A DNA stretch of 64,000 bases from Bdellovibrionota bacterium FG-1. GTDB taxonomy: Bacteria; Bdellovibrionota; UBA1018. The notes below the pieces were generated by a model that saw nothing but the letters and a program-made list of their open reading frames with translations, did not search any database and was not told where the DNA came from. Made by a program: the position numbers and the translations under genes. The stretch lies in assembly GCA_051382295.1 (NCBI GenBank), contig JBBCAW010000008.1:96001-160000 (forward strand), written 5' to 3'. Below, in pieces: positions 1 to 8,737 of the stretch. Each line of letters starts with the position of its first letter. The stretch's first letter is position 1.

Positions 1-77
1 CCTAATAACCGCCCAGCATTTAAATGAGAAACGTCACAATGAGCCACAAGTGACATTTTAATTCAATAAAACGAAAC

Positions 78-155
78 TTACGCGGTAAATGTCATGCCGA
101 GTGTTTCAGCTTGGGTTTCAATTCCATCCAAATCAATGATTTCTACGTTTTCCAT
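78..155 (-). CDS. Small acidic peptide (25 aa, MENVEIIDLDGIETQAETLGMTFTA), candidate RiPP precursor/scaffold
   Basis: Read by hand on the minus strand: GGAGG at 160-164, ATG at 155, TAA at 78-80. Not in the supplied ORF track. Confidence 0.55.
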   Translation of the reverse strand: MENVEIIDLDGIETQAETLGMTFTA

Positions 156-333
156 AAATCCTCCGGTATCTGCCATTAATCACCGTCGATCGTGAAACTG
201 AATAGCAAAACCTGACATATTGCGTCAATCTTTTTCTGCAACCACTCTCCCATTTTTACTTTTCCCCTATTAAATCAGTCCACTAGAATGTCACACTAGA
301 CAAATAACATCGCCCTCTTAACAGGAATCCCTC

Positions 334-1521
334 GTGTCAAAACCAATCCCTTCCAACTCCTTCACCCGATCCAGAGCGGTTTTCTATTGCGCAGGATTAT
401 TCACCTCGTCCTTTGGATCTCTTACCTATGCGGCCGCCCTACCGGCCCTGTTTTTTAAATTGGGGGTCAGTCCTTTTTACATCGGCACCCTCATTGGAGT
501 CATGAGGCTTGTCAATTTCATGATGAACCTTTCGCTCGGGCATATCGGCGACATCATCAGTCCAAAAAAAGTCATGATCTTTTGCGAGATCGGTGCCGCC
601 GTTGCCTCCTCCTTGATTTTCTGGAGCTGGTGGAAATATGGATTAAGCGGGCTAACGCCGTTCTTTTTGGCCAATCTATTGCGGGTCGCCTTCACCTCCC
701 TTCAATCAGGTAGCATTCAGAAACATGGAAAACTCTTTGACACCTCGCTGGGAATGCAAGGACGATTCGCCGTCATCTTAAATGGGGCAACTCATGGGAC
801 ACTTTTTTTCGGCGGAATCTTGGCTGCGGTATTTTTTGACCGACTTACAATTCCATTGATTGTCGTTTTAGATGCCGCAACCTTTATTCTGAACGGCCTA
901 TTACTTTTTGCTTTCCAAAAAGATCCCGAAATAGCGCCAACAAAGATCGGCAAAACACCCAAACGTTCGTTTGGGACAAACCTACTTTTATATTACGAAA
1001 ATTTTCCGGTTTTAATGACCGCAGACATTCTCCTCTCGCTGGCACTCTGTGGATCAAATACACTGAGCCTTCGGCTACTCATCAGCAAACCAGAATGGAT
1101 TCCACTCATGCCCGCCATTTTTGGTGCGGCGGCCTTTCTTACCTCTTTTGGTTGGGATAGAAAATTTACCTCTCGATCCAACATCCTTTGGACCACCTAT
1201 GCATTTTCTCTAATTCTTCAAGGCGTGTTTTCACAATTTCCCGAAGTCGTACTAGGTATTTCATTTATCCGAAACTGCACCTATTGGCTCATTTTTCACG
1301 CTATTAGTCGCGAACTCATGAAATCCGCGCCGACCGCCTCGTATTCGGCAATCACGGCTGGACGAACTACGGTGGTTATCGGAGTCCTCGCGTCCGGCGA
1401 AGTCTGGGTAGGAGCAACCCAAGCTATTCCTATCGCAATCGAAATGACTTGGCGTTCGGCTGTCGCACTCTTTGTCCCCTGCCAAAACCTTTTCAGAAAA
1501 CCACCCAATCCGATGGCGTAA
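334..1521 (+). CDS. MFS transporter (exporter-like)
   Basis: 395 aa, multiple hydrophobic segments, MFS motif A-like GHIGDIISPKK, 'LDAATFILNG' typical of MFS_3-type exporters; AGGA before the GTG start. Confidence 0.8.
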   Translation: MSKPIPSNSFTRSRAVFYCAGLFTSSFGSLTYAAALPALFFKLGVSPFYIGTLIGVMRLVNFMMNLSLGHIGDIISPKKVMIFCEIGAAVASSLIFWSWWKYGLSGLTPFFLANLLRVAFTSLQSGSIQKHGKLFDTSLGMQGRFAVILNGATHGTLFFGGILAAVFFDRLTIPLIVVLDAATFILNGLLLFAFQKDPEIAPTKIGKTPKRSFGTNLLLYYENFPVLMTADILLSLALCGSNTLSLRLLISKPEWIPLMPAIFGAAAFLTSFGWDRKFTSRSNILWTTYAFSLILQGVFSQFPEVVLGISFIRNCTYWLIFHAISRELMKSAPTASYSAITAGRTTVVIGVLASGEVWVGATQAIPIAIEMTWRSAVALFVPCQNLFRKPPNPMA

Positions 1522-1569
1522 CTCATGAACCTCGTTAACAAAAGAGAATCGATTGGTCGTTTTCCAAAT

Positions 1570-1598
1570 TTGACATAGGCATCTAAAAGGCATACAAT
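1570..1598 (+). promoter_or_regulatory. sigma70 promoter of the TA operon, probably leaderless
   Basis: TTGACA (1570-1575), 17 bp, TACAAT (1593-1598), then 7 nt to ATG 1606; no SD. Confidence 0.65.
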
Positions 1599-1605
1599 AG
1601 CCTCA

Positions 1606-1878
1606 ATGCGGCCCTTTTCTTGGGATGAAGACAAAAACAAAGAACTACAAACGGGACGAAGTGTTTCATTCGAGCAAGTGAGGGATGAAATCAAAGCAGG
1701 TCGATTTCGGATTGAGAAAAACACAAGCGGCAATCACCCTGGTCAATCGATCTACCTGGTCATAATTAATAGCTATGTTCATGTCGTGCCTTTTCGAGAA
1801 ACCGAAGAAGCTATTTTATTGATCACGATTTTTCCCAGTCGTTATTGGCAGGAAAAAACACGAGGAGTATTACTATGA
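1606..1878 (+). CDS. BrnT/DUF497-like type II toxin (ribonuclease)
   Basis: 90 aa, FSWDEDKN...RSVSFEQV...HPGQ...YVHVVPF...LITIFPSR pattern; ATGA overlap with the next gene. Confidence 0.75.
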   Translation: MRPFSWDEDKNKELQTGRSVSFEQVRDEIKAGRFRIEKNTSGNHPGQSIYLVIINSYVHVVPFRETEEAILLITIFPSRYWQEKTRGVLL

Positions 1879-2255
1879 GCACTACAAAATCCGTAAAGCT
1901 CGATGAATTTGAAGAGACTTTAGAGCGTTCTTTCCATAAAGACAAATGGACTACGATTAAGAACTCCAAAGAACGCGAAAAGGCCATGAATGCTGCTAAA
2001 CTTGCAAAAACAGAGCGCACGAACATCAGACTTTCTGAGAGCGATCTCCTGGGGATTAAGCAAAAGGCGATTGAGAAAGGACTGGGCTATCAGACACTCA
2101 TTTCCAGCTTGGTCCACCAGTACGTGACAGGGAGGCTCTTGGAAGTGGATTCGTCGGGGCTTAGTGAAATGGTTTTTGCCACAGTTAACGCCATTTTTGA
2201 AAAAAACGGCAGCAAGCACCCTAGGACTACGAAAACTAAGCGACGCGCGCCATAG
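1875..2255 (+). CDS. CopG/BrnA-like ribbon-helix-helix antitoxin
   Basis: TNIRLSESDLLGIKQKAIEKGLGYQTLISSLVHQY; ATG 1875 overlaps the toxin stop, GAGGAG upstream. Confidence 0.75.
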   Translation: MSTTKSVKLDEFEETLERSFHKDKWTTIKNSKEREKAMNAAKLAKTERTNIRLSESDLLGIKQKAIEKGLGYQTLISSLVHQYVTGRLLEVDSSGLSEMVFATVNAIFEKNGSKHPRTTKTKRRAP

Positions 2256-2390
2256 CGTGAAATGGAAACACCACGATAGCGCCTTCGATGCGCTGCGAGC
2301 CTGCTTCGCAACCTGACTCATATCGACCGCAAAGGCTTTAAAGAACGAGCAACCACACAAATACCTGTTATTACGATTAGTTATGACGAA

Positions 2391-2480
2391 AACGGCATAT
2401 TCAGTGGACATTAGATATTCACAGAGCAATAGAAACCATTGGTCCAATAGATATCTAGTGTACAATAGATACATGCGAGC
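2391..2480 (+). repeat. 18-bp-period degenerate direct repeats (CAATAGATAT core), probable operator
   Basis: Units start at 2409, 2427, 2445 and 2463, with a weaker unit at 2391; they overlap TACAAT (2461-2466). Confidence 0.6.
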
Positions 2481-3741
2481 AACTACCGAACGCAGACCTC
2501 TCGACGAAAGGACTCAAGCGGAGATCCGGAAGGCTCTCTCGCGGGTTGGAGTACAGGGAAAATGGACCAAGAGCCCCAGCCATGTGGGAGCAGCATCTTG
2601 GGTCGTAACGACAGCGGCTGGCGAGAAAATCGCAATCGCGGCGAAGAGCCTCCAGCCGATGAGATATGCCAATCTTGAGGCCCAGGTCGCGCTCGGCCTG
2701 ATACAACTCCACCATGCTCGACGACAGGAACCGGGTTGCATGCCATTACTCGTGCTAGTGGTTCCGGACATCAACGAGCGCCTCAAGGCGGAGTTCTACG
2801 TGATTCTGGAAGCACACTCTGAGTTGTTAGCACCCGACTGGTTGCTCTTGTCCGAAACGGGGCGCTACTACGCAATGATTGGCGGCAAGAGTGCGATCGG
2901 ACAGCTGAGTGAGCCCAAGGCAAACGCCTCACGTTCCTTCCTCGACCACTATGTGGAAGCTTTCTCAAAGCACCCTTCAAAACAGCGTATTTCTGCGGTG
3001 ACATTTACCGGAAATCACCAATGGATATTGAAATATCTGCTCTTGAACGGAATTGAGTCGAAGTATTGGGGGGCGTCCACATTCACAGGACAGTGGAATT
3101 CCAATACCCTTAAAGTTCAAGCTGGCTACAATACGGCTGCTCAAACACATAACGTCTTAGTCGAACTTGAAGAAGCCGGCTATCTCGTAAGAACGCGGGG
3201 GAGGATCGTCTTCCGCGACCTCCGACGTCTATTCGAGAGCTGGATACAAGCATATCACACCCAAAAGCATGTACTCATGCCCCTCGGACCCCTCTACCCC
3301 GGTGAGGATTTTGATCAATGGCGAGACAAAAAGGGCGGATGGTGGGCCCGCTTTGAACAAGCCGCAGGCAAAGCAAACGTACCTATCCTAGTCGGCGGTC
3401 ACATGGGTTGCTTTGCACTCGGCGTCGGTTGGTCAAACAACCCTTCGATCTTGCTCCATGCCACAATTGCCCATCCACCTAGTTTGGAGCTATTTCTCCG
3501 CGCAATGGAACTCAAGGAGACGGACAACACGAATTCTCCAATCCAGCTCCAATTGCATCGATTTCAAAAGCCTGTCCTCGACGTGGTTGAACTCGAAGAA
3601 AAGCCGCAAAACCGAACTGTCGATATCATTCAATGCATACTCGATGTCTCACTTTTTGGCGGCAGAGGCGAAGAGCAAGCCGAGCATATTTTTGAAAAGA
3701 TTTTATTTCCTCACTTTCGGAGGATGGAATGGTCACTTTAG
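2473..3741 (+). CDS. AbiEi_2-like (type IV TA) antitoxin / wHTH regulator
   Basis: Central wHTH-like segment (THNVLVELEEAGYLVRTRG...LFESW) and C-terminal IIQCILDV...GGRGEEQAEHI; start moved to ATG 2473. Confidence 0.6.
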   Translation: MRATTERRPLDERTQAEIRKALSRVGVQGKWTKSPSHVGAASWVVTTAAGEKIAIAAKSLQPMRYANLEAQVALGLIQLHHARRQEPGCMPLLVLVVPDINERLKAEFYVILEAHSELLAPDWLLLSETGRYYAMIGGKSAIGQLSEPKANASRSFLDHYVEAFSKHPSKQRISAVTFTGNHQWILKYLLLNGIESKYWGASTFTGQWNSNTLKVQAGYNTAAQTHNVLVELEEAGYLVRTRGRIVFRDLRRLFESWIQAYHTQKHVLMPLGPLYPGEDFDQWRDKKGGWWARFEQAAGKANVPILVGGHMGCFALGVGWSNNPSILLHATIAHPPSLELFLRAMELKETDNTNSPIQLQLHRFQKPVLDVVELEEKPQNRTVDIIQCILDVSLFGGRGEEQAEHIFEKILFPHFRRMEWSL

Positions 3742-4482
3742 ACGCTACCTTCTTCAAAACGCTCGGATCGCTTGCCAAAGCAATCGAACCCTACCTTAAG
3801 GACGTCGATCTCGCGACCGAACAGAAGATCCGATCTGGCTACTCCCGTACTAACCTCGCAGCCCTGCTCAACAAAGCTGGTTTCAAAGTTGACCAAGTTT
3901 CGACTCGTCGACGGGAAGGGCCAAGCGGATAATAATTATGAGGTCGAATTCCTGTGCCCGTTAACTGGCCGTCCACCGGGGCCCGATTACATCGAAGTCC
4001 AGGCCGGCATTTCCGCGACCCCACTGACGTTCATGGACCTTTTCATGCATGAGCCCTGGAAGCTAAAACTGAAACTTCTTCCGGGTCTTGAGGACCGACG
4101 TGAGATAATCCTCGTCCCAAATCCAGGCGTGTAGGTCGTTCAAAAGTTTATCACAATGTTCCGCCGACAAAAACGAGCGGCCCGACGGAAGGACGCATTT
4201 TACATCTATGAGTTTTGCCTGAAATTTAGGGACTCGTTGGAAACCGTCAATGACTGTATCGAGCGACTAGTTTCAATAAGCCACTACAAAAAGGTGAAGA
4301 GCTTCCGAAATGATTTTTCCAGTTACTTTGAGAGCCAGACCGGCGAAGGCATCGCTAACATCATGAGAGAGGTTGAAACACTTCCTTTTGATGGGGTGAA
4401 AACAATCAAGCCGGATCAAGCCACGGTTCACGCAATAATCCAACGCCTAGCGGACACATGGGGTCCGACAGCCGCTCCCTGA
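3729..4482 (+). pseudogene. GSU2403-like nucleotidyltransferase-fold toxin, disrupted
   Basis: DVDLA...EVEFL...PLTFMDL...VPNPGV*VVQK...RRKD split over three ORFs: frameshift near 3885-3900, in-frame TAG at 4132-4134, and the expected GG motif before DVD is missing. Confidence 0.6.
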
Positions 4483-4596
4483 TCCCGACCCCACATGAGG
4501 GGCTTCCGGTAAAAGTGAGGGGATCCGCGCGCGCAGGATGCGCTTTTCGCGCGGAGTCCAAGGAAGGACGACCCCGACACCTTTTACTGGGAGCCC
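4480..4596 (+). repeat. Structured dispersed repeat / MITE-like element, short copy
   Basis: Matches the reverse complement of 21860-22051; inverted ends GGGCTTCCGGTAAAA...TTTTACTGGGAGCCC. Confidence 0.8.
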
Positions 4597-4652
4597 ATCC
4601 GGCAATTTCTGCCCATACCCGAAACCAGTTTTTGCCCCTATCATCAAGAGAG

Positions 4653-5864
4653 ATGCCCCAAGGATCAGACAAACCCACACCTGAACGCAATCAAGATGAC
4701 GAAAAAACCGACCCGCATCTAGTCCTCCCGAACCTTGCCCAACTCCGACCCCGGCCTCCCATCGCAGAGACTCCGGCGCCTCCCACTCCCCCAAAAACCG
4801 CGCCAAAAATGCCTGAAATGGGGGCGATTGAACCGCTCATGAAAGACCCGCTCATTTCGGAAATCATGATCAACGATCTCCGAAACGTCATGATTGAAAA
4901 AGAGGGCAAGCTGATGTTTTCCGGCTTTGCGTACCCAAGCCTGGATGAACTCAACCGCTTGGTTCGCAACATTCTGGATATCACCGGACGAATCTTAAGC
5001 CCGGATCAGCCCTACGTCGATGTCATGCTTCCCGACGGGTCTCGCGTAAATATTATTGCACCTCCTTTAACCGTCAATGGCCCCTCTATCACCATTCGAA
5101 AATTTCCAGCCCGCCGAATGTCCATCGATGACCTCATGGGGCAAAACACACTTGACCGCCGAATGGCCTATTTTCTCAACATCTGCGTCGTGGGCAGAAT
5201 TAACATTCTTGTCTCTGGCGGAACAGGCAGTGGAAAAACCACGCTACTCAATGTGCTTTCGTCTTTTATCCCAAAAAATGAACGCCTGATCACCATTGAA
5301 GATACCCCCGAACTCCAAATGAACCACGTCAACAGCGTGCGGCTGCAATCCAAACCCCAATCTCCCGCATCCCCGGCGATCAGCGCCCGCGAGCTCGTAG
5401 CTAACGCGCTACGGATGCGTCCCGACCGAATTTTAGTGGGCGAATGCCGCCGCGCCGAAGCCTTTGACATGCTTCAAGCCATGAACACCGGACATGATGG
5501 ATCCATGACCACCATCCACGCTAATTCTCCCCGCGATGCCCTCTCCCGAGTCGAAACCTTGTGTTTAATGGCTGAAGTCGAGCTTCCTCTCTTAGCGATC
5601 CGCAAACAAATCGCGAGCGCCCTTGACTTAGTGATTCAAATTAAAAGATTTCGCACAGGCAAAAGGAAAATAATCGCCATCTCCGAAGTCACGGGGATCG
5701 AAGCGGACACTATCACTTTACAGGACATCTTTTCTTTCGAATCCGACCTCCGTACAGCCGGGGCAAGCCCCGACCAAGGCCAATTTCGCTCTACCGGCTT
5801 GGTCCCTACCTTTGTCGAAAAACTCCGGACCAACGGAATCGACTTCCCTGCAGGGTTTTTCTAA
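4653..5864 (+). CDS. cpaF: CpaF/TadA family pilus assembly ATPase
   Basis: [11 protein letters not shown]alker [38 protein letters not shown]; start set at ATG 4653, downstream of the repeat. Confidence 0.88.
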   Translation: MPQGSDKPTPERNQDDEKTDPHLVLPNLAQLRPRPPIAETPAPPTPPKTAPKMPEMGAIEPLMKDPLISEIMINDLRNVMIEKEGKLMFSGFAYPSLDELNRLVRNILDITGRILSPDQPYVDVMLPDGSRVNIIAPPLTVNGPSITIRKFPARRMSIDDLMGQNTLDRRMAYFLNICVVGRINILVSGGTGSGKTTLLNVLSSFIPKNERLITIEDTPELQMNHVNSVRLQSKPQSPASPAISARELVANALRMRPDRILVGECRRAEAFDMLQAMNTGHDGSMTTIHANSPRDALSRVETLCLMAEVELPLLAIRKQIASALDLVIQIKRFRTGKRKIIAISEVTGIEADTITLQDIFSFESDLRTAGASPDQGQFRSTGLVPTFVEKLRTNGIDFPAGFF

Positions 5865-5871
5865 CGCTCAA

Positions 5872-6810
5872 TTATTGCGTAGCATGAGCGTTTATAAGGC
5901 GATGCAAACGATTCAGAACTTCCCACTTCACGCGATCTTCAGACGCGCTCAACGCCCACTTGTAATGAAACTGCTCGTCGGGCGAATTTCGCAGCGATAC
6001 ACCAAAATCCACGCCTCTTGAAACCATGTGAATCACCCACTGTGAATACCAATGGGCCATTTTTTCAGGGTATTCGCGCTTCACACTCATGACGCGCAGA
6101 GCTTCGTCGCCCAAAATTCTTTTGAGGGTATAAATCGAAGCCCCTACAAACTGCTTCGTATATCGATCAGCCAGGGCCTTAGCATCGACCGGCGTAGCGC
6201 TTCCATTCACTTCTGCCGCACGATTCACCTCTCCTTGAGACGAATCAAACTCAATGGGTTTAGGCAGCTCCATTTCAAGCAATGCCAATTCCTCGCCAAA
6301 GAGCTTTAACGCCTCCGGCGACGACCCGGTATTCGTCATTTCCACCTTTCGGTATTCAGTAGAATGAACAAAACCGTTATAAATGCCCTCAAATGAGGCC
6401 CCTTGATTCAACGAATCGACCAAACTTCCAAACTCGCTTCGGTCCTTAGGGTCGTGCATAAACACGATCCGATAGACCTCTTGCAAGAGTTCTGCATTCG
6501 CCTTTGCCATTTTTGCATTGGGGGAGCCTAAAATGCCGTCCCCTCCGACTGAAGACGCAGCCGGCGAAGGCGAACTTTTGGCCAATGGACTACTGCCTCC
6601 GCTGAGGACCGTCACAAAAGCATTCCACTCTTTTTGTAGGCGAATCCACTGCTTTTCGTATTCTGGCGGTATGACATCACAACCTGAAAGGGCGAAAATC
6701 AAGCCCCCCAAAAATACTAAAGTGATCCAAAAGCGAATCTGTTTTTTTGATACCAAGGCTGACAATCCCCCATCCTTGCTGTCTCGCACCACAAGTTGAG
6801 AGTACTTCAC
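5872..6810 (-). CDS. Hypothetical lipoprotein/membrane-anchored protein
   Basis: Hydrophobic stretch ending LSGC; GTG 6810 overlaps the permease stop (GTGA). Confidence 0.6.
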   Translation of the reverse strand: MKYSQLVVRDSKDGGLSALVSKKQIRFWITLVFLGGLIFALSGCDVIPPEYEKQWIRLQKEWNAFVTVLSGGSSPLAKSSPSPAASSVGGDGILGSPNAKMAKANAELLQEVYRIVFMHDPKDRSEFGSLVDSLNQGASFEGIYNGFVHSTEYRKVEMTNTGSSPEALKLFGEELALLEMELPKPIEFDSSQGEVNRAAEVNGSATPVDAKALADRYTKQFVGASIYTLKRILGDEALRVMSVKREYPEKMAHWYSQWVIHMVSRGVDFGVSLRNSPDEQFHYKWALSASEDRVKWEVLNRLHRLINAHATQ

Positions 6811-7700
6811 CGTTTTTGGTAGGGCAAACCCAAAGCGCGGGGCGCGCACGACTGGCCCACCCATCCAGCCAGAACCAACACCGTCACTAGATAGGGCAAA
6901 ATTTGGATAAATTGCACCGGAACGGGCTCACTTCCCCAAAGGACAACCCCTTGCAGGCGAATTTGAAGCTGATCCGAAAACCCAAAAAGTAAGCACGCTC
7001 CTAGCGCCGGAAGCGGACGCCATTTACCGAAAATCAGAGCAGCAAGCGCCATAAAACCACGCCCCGCGGTCATGTTACGCGAAAAAGAGGAAGCTAAAAA
7101 TAATGACAATGAAGCCCCCCCCAGCCCAGCAAGACAACCACTGGCAAGGAGTGCAGCCCAACGCACGCGATTCACCCCAATGCCAGCCGAATCTAAAGCC
7201 TCAGGGTGCTCGCCTGCAAAACGCACCCAAAGTCCGGAAGGAAGATACACCATCCAACCCGACACGATTACAGCGAGACCCAAAGCGATCCAAATGGGAG
7301 CCGATTGAAAGCGCAAGTCGATGGGCAACGACGGCGTGCCGGTCGTGGAGCCAAACAAAATTTTGGTCAAAAATGGCGTCAGGCCAGCAGCCAACAAGTT
7401 GATCGCTGTTCCGGCTACAATCTGATCCGCTCTCCATCGAATCACAAAAAGACCATAAAGGGCCGCAAGCCCCATACCTGCCCCCATCGCCGCTAACCCA
7501 CCGAGCCATGGCGAATGTGAAGCCCAAGCCACCGATCCCGCCGCAAACGCCCCGATTAACATCATCCCCTCAAGAGCGATATTGATCACGCCGGCCCGTT
7601 CACTCAGCACCCCCCCAAGGGCCGCAAAAATAAGAGGGGTCGACATTCGAAGCGTCGATGCCCCCATAGCCATCAATAAAATGACAATCGCTCCGCTCAT
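6807..7700 (-). CDS. Nucleoside/sugar (CUT2) ABC transporter permease 2
   Basis: SERAGVINIALEGMML, GEHPEA, MTAGRGFMALAALIFGKW. Confidence 0.9.
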   Translation of the reverse strand: MSGAIVILLMAMGASTLRMSTPLIFAALGGVLSERAGVINIALEGMMLIGAFAAGSVAWASHSPWLGGLAAMGAGMGLAALYGLFVIRWRADQIVAGTAINLLAAGLTPFLTKILFGSTTGTPSLPIDLRFQSAPIWIALGLAVIVSGWMVYLPSGLWVRFAGEHPEALDSAGIGVNRVRWAALLASGCLAGLGGASLSLFLASSFSRNMTAGRGFMALAALIFGKWRPLPALGACLLFGFSDQLQIRLQGVVLWGSEPVPVQFIQILPYLVTVLVLAGWVGQSCAPRALGLPYQKR

Positions 7701-8737
7701 GATTGCCTCCTTCGGCTCCACAAGCCTTCTGCCGAAACCGACAAAATGATTAAGGCTTGCAGAATAAGAGACAAGTCCCGGGTAATATTTTCAGTCTCTA
7801 AATCCAAATCCGCCGTTCCCTTATGAAGGGCACCAAAAAGCAAGGCCGCAGCCACCACTCCCAACGGCCGATTTCGCCCCAATAACGCGACCGCAATTCC
7901 AATAAATCCATAGTCCGGAGAAAAGCCTAATTTAAAACGACCGGCATTGCCCATCACCTCGCCCACACCGACCAGGCCCGCTAACCCACCCGCCAAGGTC
8001 ATCGCTAAAATTCTCATTTTTCCAGAATCAATGCCCGCGGTTTGAGCAGCGTCTTCACTTTGACCCACAGCCTTGAGTTCAAACCCAATCACTGTTTTAG
8101 AAAACAAAATCCAGATTCCGAGCGCCACGAGTAAGGCCAAAAAAAAGGCCGTGCTGAGAGGAGCATCACCGAAAAACTGAAGATGGGTCATCACATAACC
8201 CACACCGACGGCCCGAGTCTCAGGATTTTGTGACTCCGGATCCTTCAGCAAATAAAGCGTCACCCAGCTGGCAAGGCCAGCGGCGACAAAATTGAGCATG
8301 ATGGTATTAATGACCTCATGGGATCCGCGCCTGGCGCGCAACCATCCTGGAATCGCACCCCAAGCCGCTCCCGCACCAAAGGCGGCAGCCCCCGCCAATA
8401 ACGGCGCCCAAGGCCAAGCCACAGAGGGAAAACAAGCGCCCACCGCAGCGGCGGCAAGCGCGCCCAAGGTCAATTGTCCTTCGGCACCGATGTTAAACAA
8501 ACCCACCCGAAAGGCCATCGAAACCGAGAGGCCCGTAAAAATCAAAGGAGTCGCATAAAAAAGCGTCATACCCACATCGTAAGCTGAGCCAAAGGCGCTT
8601 TTTCCCATGATCTGAAGCACTCGCCACGGACTTTCGCCCGCAATTCGGGTAATAAGCAACCCCACGGCAAGCCCGGCCAGGACGGCGATCACCGGTCGCA
8701 AGAATGAAACCAGGTTGGCTTTCCATTGACCGCTCAT
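7697..8737 (-). CDS. Nucleoside/sugar (CUT2) ABC transporter permease 1
   Basis: GLFNIGAEGQ, HEVINTIMLNF, GFIGIAVALLGRN. Confidence 0.9.
   Translation of the reverse strand: MSGQWKANLVSFLRPVIAVLAGLAVGLLITRIAGESPWRVLQIMGKSAFGSAYDVGMTLFYATPLIFTGLSVSMAFRVGLFNIGAEGQLTLGALAAAAVGACFPSVAWPWAPLLAGAAAFGAGAAWGAIPGWLRARRGSHEVINTIMLNFVAAGLASWVTLYLLKDPESQNPETRAVGVGYVMTHLQFFGDAPLSTAFFLALLVALGIWILFSKTVIGFELKAVGQSEDAAQTAGIDSGKMRILAMTLAGGLAGLVGVGEVMGNAGRFKLGFSPDYGFIGIAVALLGRNRPLGVVAAALLFGALHKGTADLDLETENITRDLSLILQALIILSVSAEGLWSRRRQS

Noticed and set aside
2391..2480. Possible mini-CRISPR array
   Set aside because: The 18-bp period leaves no room for spacers, and no cas genes are present.
4458..4652. N-terminal extension of the 468-aa CpaF ORF
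   Set aside because: It is a translation of the dispersed repeat; similar peptides appear in ORFs over 21812-22070.
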